Assembly (NCBI GenBank): GCA_913058145.1 | Contig: CAJXQM010000013.1 | Coordinates: 6,807-70,806, forward strand | DNA length: 64,000 bases | Source: an uncultured Colwellia sp. | GTDB taxonomy: Bacteria > Pseudomonadota > Gammaproteobacteria > Enterobacterales > Alteromonadaceae | Direction: 5' to 3' | Part shown: piece after piece, positions 35,049-44,392 of the stretch | Position numbering within the stretch: the first letter of the stretch is position 1 | Layout of the letters: each line of letters starts with the position of its first letter | Notes under the pieces: model-generated | The model's input: only the letters and a program-made list of their open reading frames with translations | Told to the model about the DNA's origin: nothing | Database searches by the model: none | Translations under genes and position numbers: made by a program

Positions 35049-35328
35049 AGTGATAACATCCTTTAATTACTAGTGATCCTCTAGTAAATATGGGACATTA
35101 TTTTATAAATGTAAAATAATGCGCGTTTTTTATTTTTGTAATGAGTTTTTTACTTACCGGTTAAAGGCTATTAGCTTTGTAACACCCTACATTAACTTCT
35201 ATTTACATCATTATGGTCTCTTCAAATAAAGGTAAATAGATACGGTTTTTCTTTACTTGGCTCTCTATTTTTATCTTGATTTCTGCTACATTACACCTTC
35301 TAAAATTTTTCACGCTAAGGCTAAGTAA

Positions 35329-36747
35329 ATGGCAGATAAAAAATTCGGTAAATTTGCCAAAGAAAGGCAATTTATCAAAGACAAGCAAATTGATGAATTA
35401 AAAACACCGCCCCATTCTCTGGAAGCTGAGCAATCGGTGTTAGGTGGCTTATTGCTTGATAATGAAACGTGGGATCGGGTGACTGAAAAAACGGTGGCTG
35501 CAGATTTTTATAGTCGTTCACATCGGTTGATTTTTGAAACCATTGGAGCATTAATTGAGTTCGGGGAACCGGTTGACTTAATTACCTTATCAGAAGCATT
35601 AGAAAACGATCAAAAACTAGATGATGCGGGCGGCTTTGTTTATCTCGCTGAAATGATGAAAAACACGCCAAGTGCGGCGAATATTACTGCTTATGCTGAC
35701 ATTGTTCGCGAACGTGCAGTAACACGTGAAATGATCAGTGTGGCAAATGAAATTGCTGAAGCGGGGTATGATACACAAGGGCGCAGTAGTGCTGAATTAC
35801 TCGATTTTGCCGAAACTAAAGTATTTGCTATTGCCGAAAAACGCGCAAGTAAATCAGAAGGCCCTGAAAGTATTCATACCGTTTTAGAAAAAACGGTAGA
35901 TAGAATTGAAAAACTTTGTTCTACCGATACCGGTGGTGTAACAGGTGTACCTAGTGGTTTTACTGACTTAGATAAAATGACAGCAGGTTTACAAGAATCA
36001 GATTTGATTATTGTTGCTGCGCGTCCATCGATGGGTAAAACAACGTTTGCGATGAACTTGGCAGAGCATGCGGCTATGACGCAAGATAAACCTGCGCTAA
36101 TATTTAGCTTAGAGATGCCGGCAGATCAAATCATGATGCGGATGTTAGCGTCTTTGGGTCGAATTGATCAAACTAAAATTCGTACAGGTCAATTAGACGA
36201 TGAAGATTGGGCTCGACTGTCTTCTACCATGGGTTTGTTAATTGAAAATGGTAAAATGTTTATTGATGATGCCGCAGGTTTAACGCCGACAGAAGTACGT
36301 TCAAGAGCAAGACGTATCCATCGCGATCATGGGGGTATTTCTATGATCATGATTGATTACTTACAGCTAATGCGTGCACCGCAATTTTCTGATAATCGTA
36401 CTTTAGAAATTTCTGAAATTTCACGTTCATTAAAAGCGTTAGCGAAAGAATTGAAAGTACCAGTAGTGGCACTGTCTCAGCTTAACCGTGGCTTGGAGCA
36501 ACGTTCAGATAAACGCCCAATTAACTCAGATTTACGTGAGTCGGGTGCCATTGAGCAAGATGCCGATTTGATTTTGTTTATTTACCGCGATGAGGTTTAT
36601 CATGATGACAGTGAATTTAAAGGCATGGCCGAAATCATTATTGGTAAGCAACGTAACGGACCTATTGGCCGCGTTCCTTTAACGTTCCAAGGTAAATACT
36701 CTCGTTTTGACAATTATTCTGGGCCACATGTGTTAGAAGAAGATTAA
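35329..36747 (+). CDS. dnaB: Replicative DNA helicase
   Basis: PPHSLEAEQSVLG, ARPSMGKT, IDYLQLM, LRESGAIEQDAD, KQRNGP. Confidence 0.99.
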   Translation: MADKKFGKFAKERQFIKDKQIDELKTPPHSLEAEQSVLGGLLLDNETWDRVTEKTVAADFYSRSHRLIFETIGALIEFGEPVDLITLSEALENDQKLDDAGGFVYLAEMMKNTPSAANITAYADIVRERAVTREMISVANEIAEAGYDTQGRSSAELLDFAETKVFAIAEKRASKSEGPESIHTVLEKTVDRIEKLCSTDTGGVTGVPSGFTDLDKMTAGLQESDLIIVAARPSMGKTTFAMNLAEHAAMTQDKPALIFSLEMPADQIMMRMLASLGRIDQTKIRTGQLDDEDWARLSSTMGLLIENGKMFIDDAAGLTPTEVRSRARRIHRDHGGISMIMIDYLQLMRAPQFSDNRTLEISEISRSLKALAKELKVPVVALSQLNRGLEQRSDKRPINSDLRESGAIEQDADLILFIYRDEVYHDDSEFKGMAEIIIGKQRNGPIGRVPLTFQGKYSRFDNYSGPHVLEED

Positions 36748-36866
36748 TCTTTATTGCAGACAGCTCGTTGTTATGTGGTAAGTAGTGTCATTGAATCATT
36801 CATTTGGCCGCGTACCACTGCTTTAAAAAATATAAATAAAACAGCGGTAATTAATTATTATTAGTT

Positions 36867-37397
36867 TTAATTACTATTCAAATTTTCATCTCTGCCAATA
36901 ACAGACACATTTAGTGATTGGTCATAAGTTAAACTGCCTTGCAACTTATTTTGTGATGTTAGGTCTTGATAATTCACCGTATTTATCTGCTTGGGGTAAG
37001 TGCCAGTGAGTAGAGTGTTTTTTACCATCAAATTAGCTAAAGAGTCTTTATGCGTACTTTCTTGGTAAACAAACAGCTGCCCTCGTTTAACCTCAAAACC
37101 AATCCAGTTTAGCTTAACAGTTTTGTTGTTACGTTTAAGTACAAAGTGTTGTTCAAAATAGGCTTGTATGTACTGATCATATTTTGGGTGCTCAGGCGAA
37201 AAGTGCACTTGCTTGATCTCAGCAAGGGTGTTTTCGATATCATGAGCAGTGAATTGATGAATAATCTCAATATGCTTGTTTTGGCTATTGAGATTAATGT
37301 CGGTTAGACCAAAAAAATAGGTATGGGCAGCGGCAGATGCCGCGACCCCAACTAACATAATACTAATGAGTATTTTTTTTAAACAAGAAGTAACCAT
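36867..37397 (-). CDS. Exported DUF6702-like protein
   Basis: Signal peptide ending ASA-AAH, HTYFFGLTDI start of the mature chain; overlaps the stop of the M1 peptidase. Confidence 0.7.
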   Translation of the reverse strand: MVTSCLKKILISIMLVGVAASAAAHTYFFGLTDINLNSQNKHIEIIHQFTAHDIENTLAEIKQVHFSPEHPKYDQYIQAYFEQHFVLKRNNKTVKLNWIGFEVKRGQLFVYQESTHKDSLANLMVKNTLLTGTYPKQINTVNYQDLTSQNKLQGSLTYDQSLNVSVIGRDENLNSN

Positions 37398-39760
37398 TAG
37401 CTGTCAGTATTATCCTCTTCTTCATCGTCAGCTGATTTCAATTCTTCATTGTAATCACGCATCATGTCATCTTTTTTACGCTTATAAAGCTCAAAACGAG
37501 ACTTGATAGGGCGAGCAGGCCAATAGTTGTTATTTACATCTACGTCAGCTGTTTCCCATTTATCATCTATTGCTATGGAGGTGATTTCTTTATCACGAAT
37601 TAATAGCTTTGAAGTCTTCTTGCTATTTTTACGCCAGATTTCAGCGGGTAACTTCATCTGTTCAGTGCTGCTGTCAGCATAAGTTATGTCTAAAATAATA
37701 GGCATAACTAAGCCACCTTTATTTTTAAAATCAATAATGTAAAAATTACTTTGGGTTAATAATAAATCTTTTTCCCATTGCTCAAGTTTTTTATTGCTCT
37801 TGTTATATTTATTACGTGCAGCATTGGTGGCGGTAAATTTATCATGTTCATTATAAAAATCTAATAACTCAGGTTTATCTTGAGTACGCAGCCACTGATT
37901 TTTATTAAGGATATTAGTGATATATTCAGGTTTTTCATTATCTAACGCACGCTGCCAAGCTTCTTCAGTATCAGGATTTTGGCTATCAGCAGTATATAAA
38001 TGAATATTACCAAGGGCAATATCTACGTGATCTGTGGTGTAGAACCAGCCTCGGAAAAACCAATCTAAATCAACAGCAGATGCATCTTCCATCGTTCGGA
38101 AAAAGTCTGCTGGGGTTGGGCGTTTAAATTTCCAACGTTGAGCATACTCTTTAAACGCAAAATCAAATAATTCACGACCCATAATAGTTTCACGTAAAAT
38201 ATTTAATGCGGTGGCTGGCTTGCCATAAGCATTATTACCAAACTGCAAAATAGACTCAGAGTTAGTCATGATGGGTACTTGGTTATCACTTTTCATGTAA
38301 CTAGTAATATTTGCGGCATGGCCACGGCGAGATGGGTAATCGTCTTCCCATGCTTGCTCGGCTAAAAACTGCAAGAAAGTATTCAAACCTTCATCCATCC
38401 AAGTCCATTGGCGTTCATCAGAATTCACTATCATAGGGAAGTAGTTATGGCCCACTTCATGAATAATAACGCCAACTAAACCGTATTTTGTGCGGCGAGA
38501 ATAGGTTTTCTCACCCGTTTCTTTATCCCGTGTTGGGCGTGGACCGTTAAAGGTGATCATGGGGTATTCCATGCCGCCAACAGGACCATTGACTGAAATA
38601 GATACCGGGTATGGATAGTCAAAAGTATATTTACTGTATTGCTCCATGGTATGGATAATAGCTTCTGTAGAGTATTTCTCCCACAAAGGATTGCCTTCAT
38701 TTGGATAGAAAGACATTGCCATCGTGTTATTATCGCCATGTTGATAACCTTGGGCATCCCAAATAAATTTACGACTTGAAGCAAAGGCAAAGTCACGCAC
38801 GTTTTTAGCTTTAAAGTGCCAAGTGTTAGTTTTTGTTGAGCGAGACTTCTCGTTTTCTAACGCTTCGTCAACCGTTACAATCAGTACTGGCTTTTTCGCC
38901 GTTTTTGCTTTGGCTAAACGTTTACGTTGTATTTTAGTTAATACTTTATTTGAATTTTGTAGTTCACCCGTAGCGGCAACAATATGATCACTAGGCACCG
39001 TAATTTTTACATCATAATCACCAAATTCTAAGGTAAATTCTCCGCTTCCAATAAACTGCTTGTTTTGCCAACCCATTATGTCGTAATAGGCCACTGCACG
39101 TGGGAACCAACTAGCGACTTCGTATAGATAGTTGTCGTCTTCTTTAAAGTACTCATAACCTGAGCGGCCACCCAATACTTTCTGTTCGTGTAATTGATAA
39201 TTCCACTGAATATTAAATGCGGTATCGTCACCCGATTTAAGTGGCTTAGGTAAGTCAATTCGTAGCATGGTGCCGTTAATAGTGTAATTTATCGGTTTGC
39301 CATTGCTCGCTGTAACGTTAGTGATTTCATAACCACCATGGAATTTTGGCGACTCAATCATATCGCGAAGACCACGGTAAGTAACTTTTTTCAACGGTGC
39401 TGTTGATTTCGATAACTTAGCATCTGAGCCGCGTTTTAACTTGTTTTGATCAAGCTGTAACCAGAGGTAACGTAAGGTATCAGGTGAATTATTTTGATAG
39501 CTTAATGTCTCTGATCCCGTTAATTGTTGGGTTTTATCATCCAATTTGATTTCAATGTCGTAATCAACTTGTTGCTGCCAGTATTTATGACCCGGAGCAC
39601 CTGAAGCCGTACGATAAACATTTGGTGTTGGGAGAACTTCTTCTAGTTGACGAAACTTGTCACTAGCAATGGTGTTTTTAGCTTGTGTACTTAAACTAAC
39701 TAAGTTGCCAGCTAACGCAACCGATAGACAAATGACCGCTGTCGATATTGAATATTTCAT
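37397..39760 (-). CDS. Exported M1 family (gluzincin) metallopeptidase; start MKYSISTA at 39760
   Basis: GGMEYP, HEVGH followed by the distal Glu in WMDEG; signal peptide. Confidence 0.92.
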   Translation of the reverse strand: MKYSISTAVICLSVALAGNLVSLSTQAKNTIASDKFRQLEEVLPTPNVYRTASGAPGHKYWQQQVDYDIEIKLDDKTQQLTGSETLSYQNNSPDTLRYLWLQLDQNKLKRGSDAKLSKSTAPLKKVTYRGLRDMIESPKFHGGYEITNVTASNGKPINYTINGTMLRIDLPKPLKSGDDTAFNIQWNYQLHEQKVLGGRSGYEYFKEDDNYLYEVASWFPRAVAYYDIMGWQNKQFIGSGEFTLEFGDYDVKITVPSDHIVAATGELQNSNKVLTKIQRKRLAKAKTAKKPVLIVTVDEALENEKSRSTKTNTWHFKAKNVRDFAFASSRKFIWDAQGYQHGDNNTMAMSFYPNEGNPLWEKYSTEAIIHTMEQYSKYTFDYPYPVSISVNGPVGGMEYPMITFNGPRPTRDKETGEKTYSRRTKYGLVGVIIHEVGHNYFPMIVNSDERQWTWMDEGLNTFLQFLAEQAWEDDYPSRRGHAANITSYMKSDNQVPIMTNSESILQFGNNAYGKPATALNILRETIMGRELFDFAFKEYAQRWKFKRPTPADFFRTMEDASAVDLDWFFRGWFYTTDHVDIALGNIHLYTADSQNPDTEEAWQRALDNEKPEYITNILNKNQWLRTQDKPELLDFYNEHDKFTATNAARNKYNKSNKKLEQWEKDLLLTQSNFYIIDFKNKGGLVMPIILDITYADSSTEQMKLPAEIWRKNSKKTSKLLIRDKEITSIAIDDKWETADVDVNNNYWPARPIKSRFELYKRKKDDMMRDYNEELKSADDEEEDNTDS

Positions 39761-40073
39761 AACCTTCCAATGAGTAATAATGATTTTTTGTGGAACACAA
39801 TTTTTAACAATAAACTTTATATCATGTATACGAATCACATCGTAATAGAGAATGGGCTTTTGTGATGAAATATAATTATTTTGAGATAAGGGAATTGTAC
39901 AGTATAGGTTACAACTAGCTTTATTCGCGGAGACTAATACGCATTAAACTAGCTAAGGGGATCAAATTTTAATGCAAATAAACGCTCAAAAAAACAGCGC
40001 TTGATTTAGTGGTAGATAAGCTAGCTATTGGGCTATTCAAGAAGATGACTTAGCTAGTCTAAGGGCTATAATA

Positions 40074-40520
40074 TTATATATTACACAACCTACAATTGCC
40101 GTGTGCTTCAACAATTTGATGACTAATAGTAAAGCCATTGGCATCAGCCATTGAACGAAGTGCCAAATCAAAATTATTTGATTGAATTTCTTCAACATGA
40201 CCACATTGGTCACAAATAAGTAATTGCACAGGATGGTCACAATCACCAAAATGATGGCACATAACAAAGGCATTAATAGATTCTATTTTATGAACAAAGC
40301 CTTGCTTACACAGAAAGTCTAATGCACGATATATTGTTGCAGGTTTGGCTGCGCGATCAACTTCTTTAAGTTGATCTAATAAATCATATGCACCAACAGC
40401 GCCTTCATGTTTTGCCAGTAATAAAAACACTTGCTCACGTACTTTGGTAAAGCGAGCGCCTTTTTTTTTGCATACTTGTTGCGCTTGCGCTAATAGTGTT
40501 TCAGATGAAGAAGCAGTCAT
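40074..40520 (-). CDS. zur: Zinc uptake regulator (Fur family)
   Basis: GAYDLL, PATIYRALDFL, HKIESINAF, CDQC and HGNC; Zur-type signature and zur-dusA synteny. Confidence 0.9.
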   Translation of the reverse strand: MTASSSETLLAQAQQVCKKKGARFTKVREQVFLLLAKHEGAVGAYDLLDQLKEVDRAAKPATIYRALDFLCKQGFVHKIESINAFVMCHHFGDCDHPVQLLICDQCGHVEEIQSNNFDLALRSMADANGFTISHQIVEAHGNCRLCNI

Positions 40521-40902
40521 TAGAGTACTTTTAAGCCAATTATTAGTTATTTTGCTCAGTGTAGCATTATTATATAGTGCTACACCAAATCAAATAAATA
40601 TTACTTGTTATTAAACCTCTTAGATAGCACCGAGGTGAGAATAAATTGAATAGAATTGGTGTTGTTCACCTTCAATGAATAAACACTTAGACTGTCAAAA
40701 TCATAGCATTATGGAAAAAGGATATGATTTGCGCTTTATGCTTTTATAGGTATAACTTCGTATTGATTTTGTTTATGTTATTGCTGCAGGTTTAGCTTTA
40801 TTGCTATACTTAATTATAACTACTTGAAATAATTATGGCTAAGTCGTGAAGGAATTAATTCAATGGGTATAATTTGATTCTTATAAGGATAGTTATCAGG
40901 GC

Positions 40903-42276
40903 GTGAATAAAGTTACATTGAGTCAAGATGAAAATCTCTCATTTAAAATTAGCCACCAATTGCTTCCACAAGAACAGCAACGCATTGATCTGTATTTTTC
41001 TCTCCCTGTTGAAATGGGCATTAGTCCAAGTACCTTGAATGCGGAAGATTACTTTTATAGTAATATCAAAAGCCATAGCGCTTATTATTCAGCGAAATTA
41101 CACTTACCTTTAGTACGTAGTCGTTTTATTAGTCAACGTTTTGTTGGCGAAAAAAAGGAAGCACAAAGTGATTATCGTTTAAACCTTAATCTATATTCCT
41201 ACCAATTAAAAATTGCGCTTGATGCCGATATCAAACAAACATTAAAACTAAAAAGCGCAGAAGAATTTTATCCTGCAGCGATTGAATTAGCCGAACAAAT
41301 AAGAGGCTTAACTAAAAAATTGCGCCGCTATACACCGTCAGATAATAAACTTAGCTCTTTTTTTGACAATGCGGATAACTATTTAAGTTGGCATGTTGAG
41401 CAATCCTTTTTAAAACTTCTCTCAAAAGGACCAAAAAGCAGTGATTTTTCGGGAGAACGTGAATTTTTATTTGTGTTATGCAAAGAAGAAAATAATTACC
41501 GTATAGCCTGTAAATATAACTCAAAAGTCACACTAGACGATCCTAATAGGATCACCAATAAAATGCTTTTACTACAGCGATTAATTGAATATGGTGTGGT
41601 ATTTCAGAAGCAAACGCGTTATTTAGACTTAAACCTAAAGCGTATTGTTCGAGGTGGTGTTACGGCAGTCATCATGGCTTTTGTGATGCTTTTAGTACTT
41701 AATGCTCGTTCAAGCTTTACTGAAGTAACGTTAGCGTTGATTGCTTTTTTAGGCCTAATATATGGATTACGTGAAACATTTAAAGAAGATATTACGGGTC
41801 TTATTTGGAGAAAAATTCAAAAAGGTAGGCCAAAGTGGCAAAACTTATTTCGTCACAGTGTTAATAAAAAACGTATTCTTAGCGAAATTTTATGGCTGGA
41901 ATATATAACCACTCAAGATCTGCCTAAATCGGTTAATGCCTTATTTCAACAGCGTAGACAGCAAAATAAACAAGCAGCACGGTTACTGCATTTTCGTTGT
42001 GACAATAGGGTGCTCACTAAAGAATTTCTACCAGGATATGGTGAAATACAACAACGATTATTCTTTAATTTAACACCTTTTGTACGTTTTTTAAAAAAAG
42101 GAGCGGGTCGTTTATATAGTGTAGATGGACAAAAAGTATCGAGCCAAGCCGTTGAGCGTCGTTATCAAATCAACCTTATTTTACGCTGTGTAGATCAAGA
42201 CGGAGAACATTTACAACGCTTCAAAATCACCTTGAATCGCAGTGAAATAGTGAATATTGAAGCAATGGAAATATAA
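40903..42276 (+). CDS. Hypothetical membrane protein with a central two-helix TM hairpin
   Basis: 457-aa ORF, GTG start; hydrophobic GGVTAVIMAFVMLLVL and VTLALIAFLGLIYGL between two soluble regions. Confidence 0.85.
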   Translation: MNKVTLSQDENLSFKISHQLLPQEQQRIDLYFSLPVEMGISPSTLNAEDYFYSNIKSHSAYYSAKLHLPLVRSRFISQRFVGEKKEAQSDYRLNLNLYSYQLKIALDADIKQTLKLKSAEEFYPAAIELAEQIRGLTKKLRRYTPSDNKLSSFFDNADNYLSWHVEQSFLKLLSKGPKSSDFSGEREFLFVLCKEENNYRIACKYNSKVTLDDPNRITNKMLLLQRLIEYGVVFQKQTRYLDLNLKRIVRGGVTAVIMAFVMLLVLNARSSFTEVTLALIAFLGLIYGLRETFKEDITGLIWRKIQKGRPKWQNLFRHSVNKKRILSEILWLEYITTQDLPKSVNALFQQRRQQNKQAARLLHFRCDNRVLTKEFLPGYGEIQQRLFFNLTPFVRFLKKGAGRLYSVDGQKVSSQAVERRYQINLILRCVDQDGEHLQRFKITLNRSEIVNIEAMEI

Positions 42277-42419
42277 GATTTTTCAACACAAAAATAAACG
42301 TTTGTTGACTAGAATTATACATTGTTTAATGTTATTTTTGACGTAAGTCTATTATACGTTATTAGCAGAATCATAGCGTTATGGGTTTACAGAGTGATTT
42401 TATTAGCTAGGAGAGGCCT

Positions 42420-42959
42420 ATGCTTCAGAAAGAAAATTGCGGTCTAATCGTTGTAGATATACAGGGAACTTTAGCTAGGATTGTTCAACAGAGCGATTTA
42501 TTTATTGATAATACGGCAAAGCTAATTCAATGTTGTAAATTATTATCTATCCCTATCATATGGCTTGAACAAAACCCTAAAGGTTTAGGGTCGACTGTCC
42601 CCGAAATATCTGATTTGCTAACCGAGTCTGCGGTAAATGAAAAATCTCACTTTAATGCATTATTTGAAGACTCGATTAAAGATGCAATTAAAGCGACAGA
42701 TAAAAAACGTTGGTTAGTGGTAGGAATAGAAGCACATATTTGTGTCTATCAAACCGTTTTGGCTTTGTTAAATGAAGGTTTTGAAGTGGATGTGGTCTCG
42801 GACTGTATTTCATCTCGTTTAAAATCAAATATAGCATTAGCTTTAGTCAATATGAGAGAAAGTGGAGCCAGTATAACTAGTTTAGAAATGTGTGTTTTTG
42901 AGCTAGTAAAAAAGGCTAAAACGGATAACTTTAGAGAAATATTGTCGGTTATAAAGTAA
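42420..42959 (+). CDS. Isochorismatase-family cysteine hydrolase
   Basis: LIVVDIQ, EQNPKGLG.T, GIEAHICVYQT. Confidence 0.92.
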   Translation: MLQKENCGLIVVDIQGTLARIVQQSDLFIDNTAKLIQCCKLLSIPIIWLEQNPKGLGSTVPEISDLLTESAVNEKSHFNALFEDSIKDAIKATDKKRWLVVGIEAHICVYQTVLALLNEGFEVDVVSDCISSRLKSNIALALVNMRESGASITSLEMCVFELVKKAKTDNFREILSVIK

Positions 42960-43119
42960 AATAACAATATTCGACTCACTTGGTGTTTTGTTCGGTTTTG
43001 TTCAGGCGATGAGAATATTACTTAAAATGATCCTTATTGATCTTATTTTTACGCTTTATATTGACTTCAATGGTTTCATCATTCGGCATCACACAACATT
43101 CTCGTAGGGGTATATTTAC

Positions 43120-43953
43120 ATGTTCAAACGAATACAGTTTTATCGTAGTCACCTTCGGATAATACTTTTGCTTACCATACTGCCAGTCACGCAATTATCT
43201 GCTGAAGAGATTGATCTTAATGAAATTTTGCGCAATACCTCTATGGGAAATTACAGAGGTTATGCCGAATTTAAAATGGCCCATTATGGCAATGCTCATA
43301 CAATTTGGCAGGCTCTTGCCGAGCGCGGAAATGCCGAAGCTAATTTTAATTTAGGAATACTTTACGAAGATGGACTGGGTGTCCGCCAAAATTTGGCCCA
43401 GGCGCTACGTTATTACGAGACTGCCGCTATTGGCGGAAGTTTTAAGGCACAGTACCGGCTAGGGCTGCTTTACTTTGTTGGGGAGATAGTGCCGCTAGAT
43501 AAAGTTAAAGCGAAACGTTGGTTGACGGAGGCTGCCGCAGGAGGTGATCGGGACTCGATAGAGATGTTAGCAATATTGAGTGGTACTCGCAGTAGTAAGC
43601 GAGATAGAGAATTTTTACGTGCGGAAACCGCTCACGCATCTGCCGACTATACTCAAGCAGCAGAAATATGGCAGCGTCTTGCTGATAACAATGATATTAT
43701 TTCTCGAACCCGTTTAGCCTGGTTGTATGAAAAAGGCCAGGGCGTCAAACGGAACCTAAAACGCGCGGCAGAACTATTTCGACAGTCAGCGATGGAGGGT
43801 GACGCTGACGCCCAATATGCGCTTGCGGTAATGTTGCAAACAGGTAAAGGACAGCCGAAAGACCTTGTTGAATCAGAGGTATGGTTACAAAGAGCTGCGG
43901 ATCTAGGGCATCGCGGTGCATCCTTGGCTTTAGCGAATACAACAAAGAAGTAG
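43120..43953 (+). CDS. Exported Sel1-repeat protein
   Basis: Signal peptide; repeats ANFNLGILYEDGLGV, AQYRLGLLY, RLAWLYEKGQGV, AQYALAVMLQTGKG. Confidence 0.92.
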   Translation: MFKRIQFYRSHLRIILLLTILPVTQLSAEEIDLNEILRNTSMGNYRGYAEFKMAHYGNAHTIWQALAERGNAEANFNLGILYEDGLGVRQNLAQALRYYETAAIGGSFKAQYRLGLLYFVGEIVPLDKVKAKRWLTEAAAGGDRDSIEMLAILSGTRSSKRDREFLRAETAHASADYTQAAEIWQRLADNNDIISRTRLAWLYEKGQGVKRNLKRAAELFRQSAMEGDADAQYALAVMLQTGKGQPKDLVESEVWLQRAADLGHRGASLALANTTKK

Positions 43954-44111
43954 GCAACTTGGACTCTCATGTTCTAGTGAGTAATACATTAATCATGAGT
44001 GATATGGTGTAGGTTGAAAGGAGCTAGGGTACTTAAACTGAGAGCGTTAAAATCAAGGGTAGGTTTTGATGAATACAGGAATTTCCATAAACAGCAATCG
44101 AAAAATTCTCT

Positions 44112-44293
44112 TTATACAACATCATCACTTTCAATTTTTTCTCCTTATGTATTACCAAAAGTTCTGCGCATTTTTTTACGGAATGTTGTAGATTCTCAGT
44201 GTATAATCTGGTGGTTTTTTTAACAACAATCGTACAGCGATAGTTAGAGTCACCGTTTGCTTTTGTTCGTTTGGTCATTGTGAGTGACGCCAG
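44112..44293 (-). pseudogene. Eroded N-terminus of a dusA-associated tyrosine integrase
   Basis: Reads (L)ASLTMTKRTKANGDSNYRCTIVVKK; adding one A to the A7 run gives NHQIIH*ESTTFRKK..RTFG; divergent from and adjacent to the dusA 5' end. Confidence 0.7.
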
Positions 44294-44392
44294 TAAAAAA
44301 ACTACTTATTTATGGCGTAACATAAATGGAAAATCACGGTAATTAAAAGAAACTCATGGTAATTAATATAGTACTCATTTCAAGGTTATAGA

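Noticed and set aside
35049-35328. Sigma54 promoter for pilA
   Set aside because: No TGGCA-N6-TTGC match seen on the minus strand
44033-44278. 81-aa ORF as an intact gene
   Set aside because: Only about the first 21 residues are integrase-like; the rest is out of frame after the A-run deletion
40521-44392. Second attachment site (displaced copy of the dusA 5' sequence)
   Set aside because: No copy of the SVAPMLDWT-coding sequence was found by eye in the spacers, so island boundaries are not assigned; needs alignment
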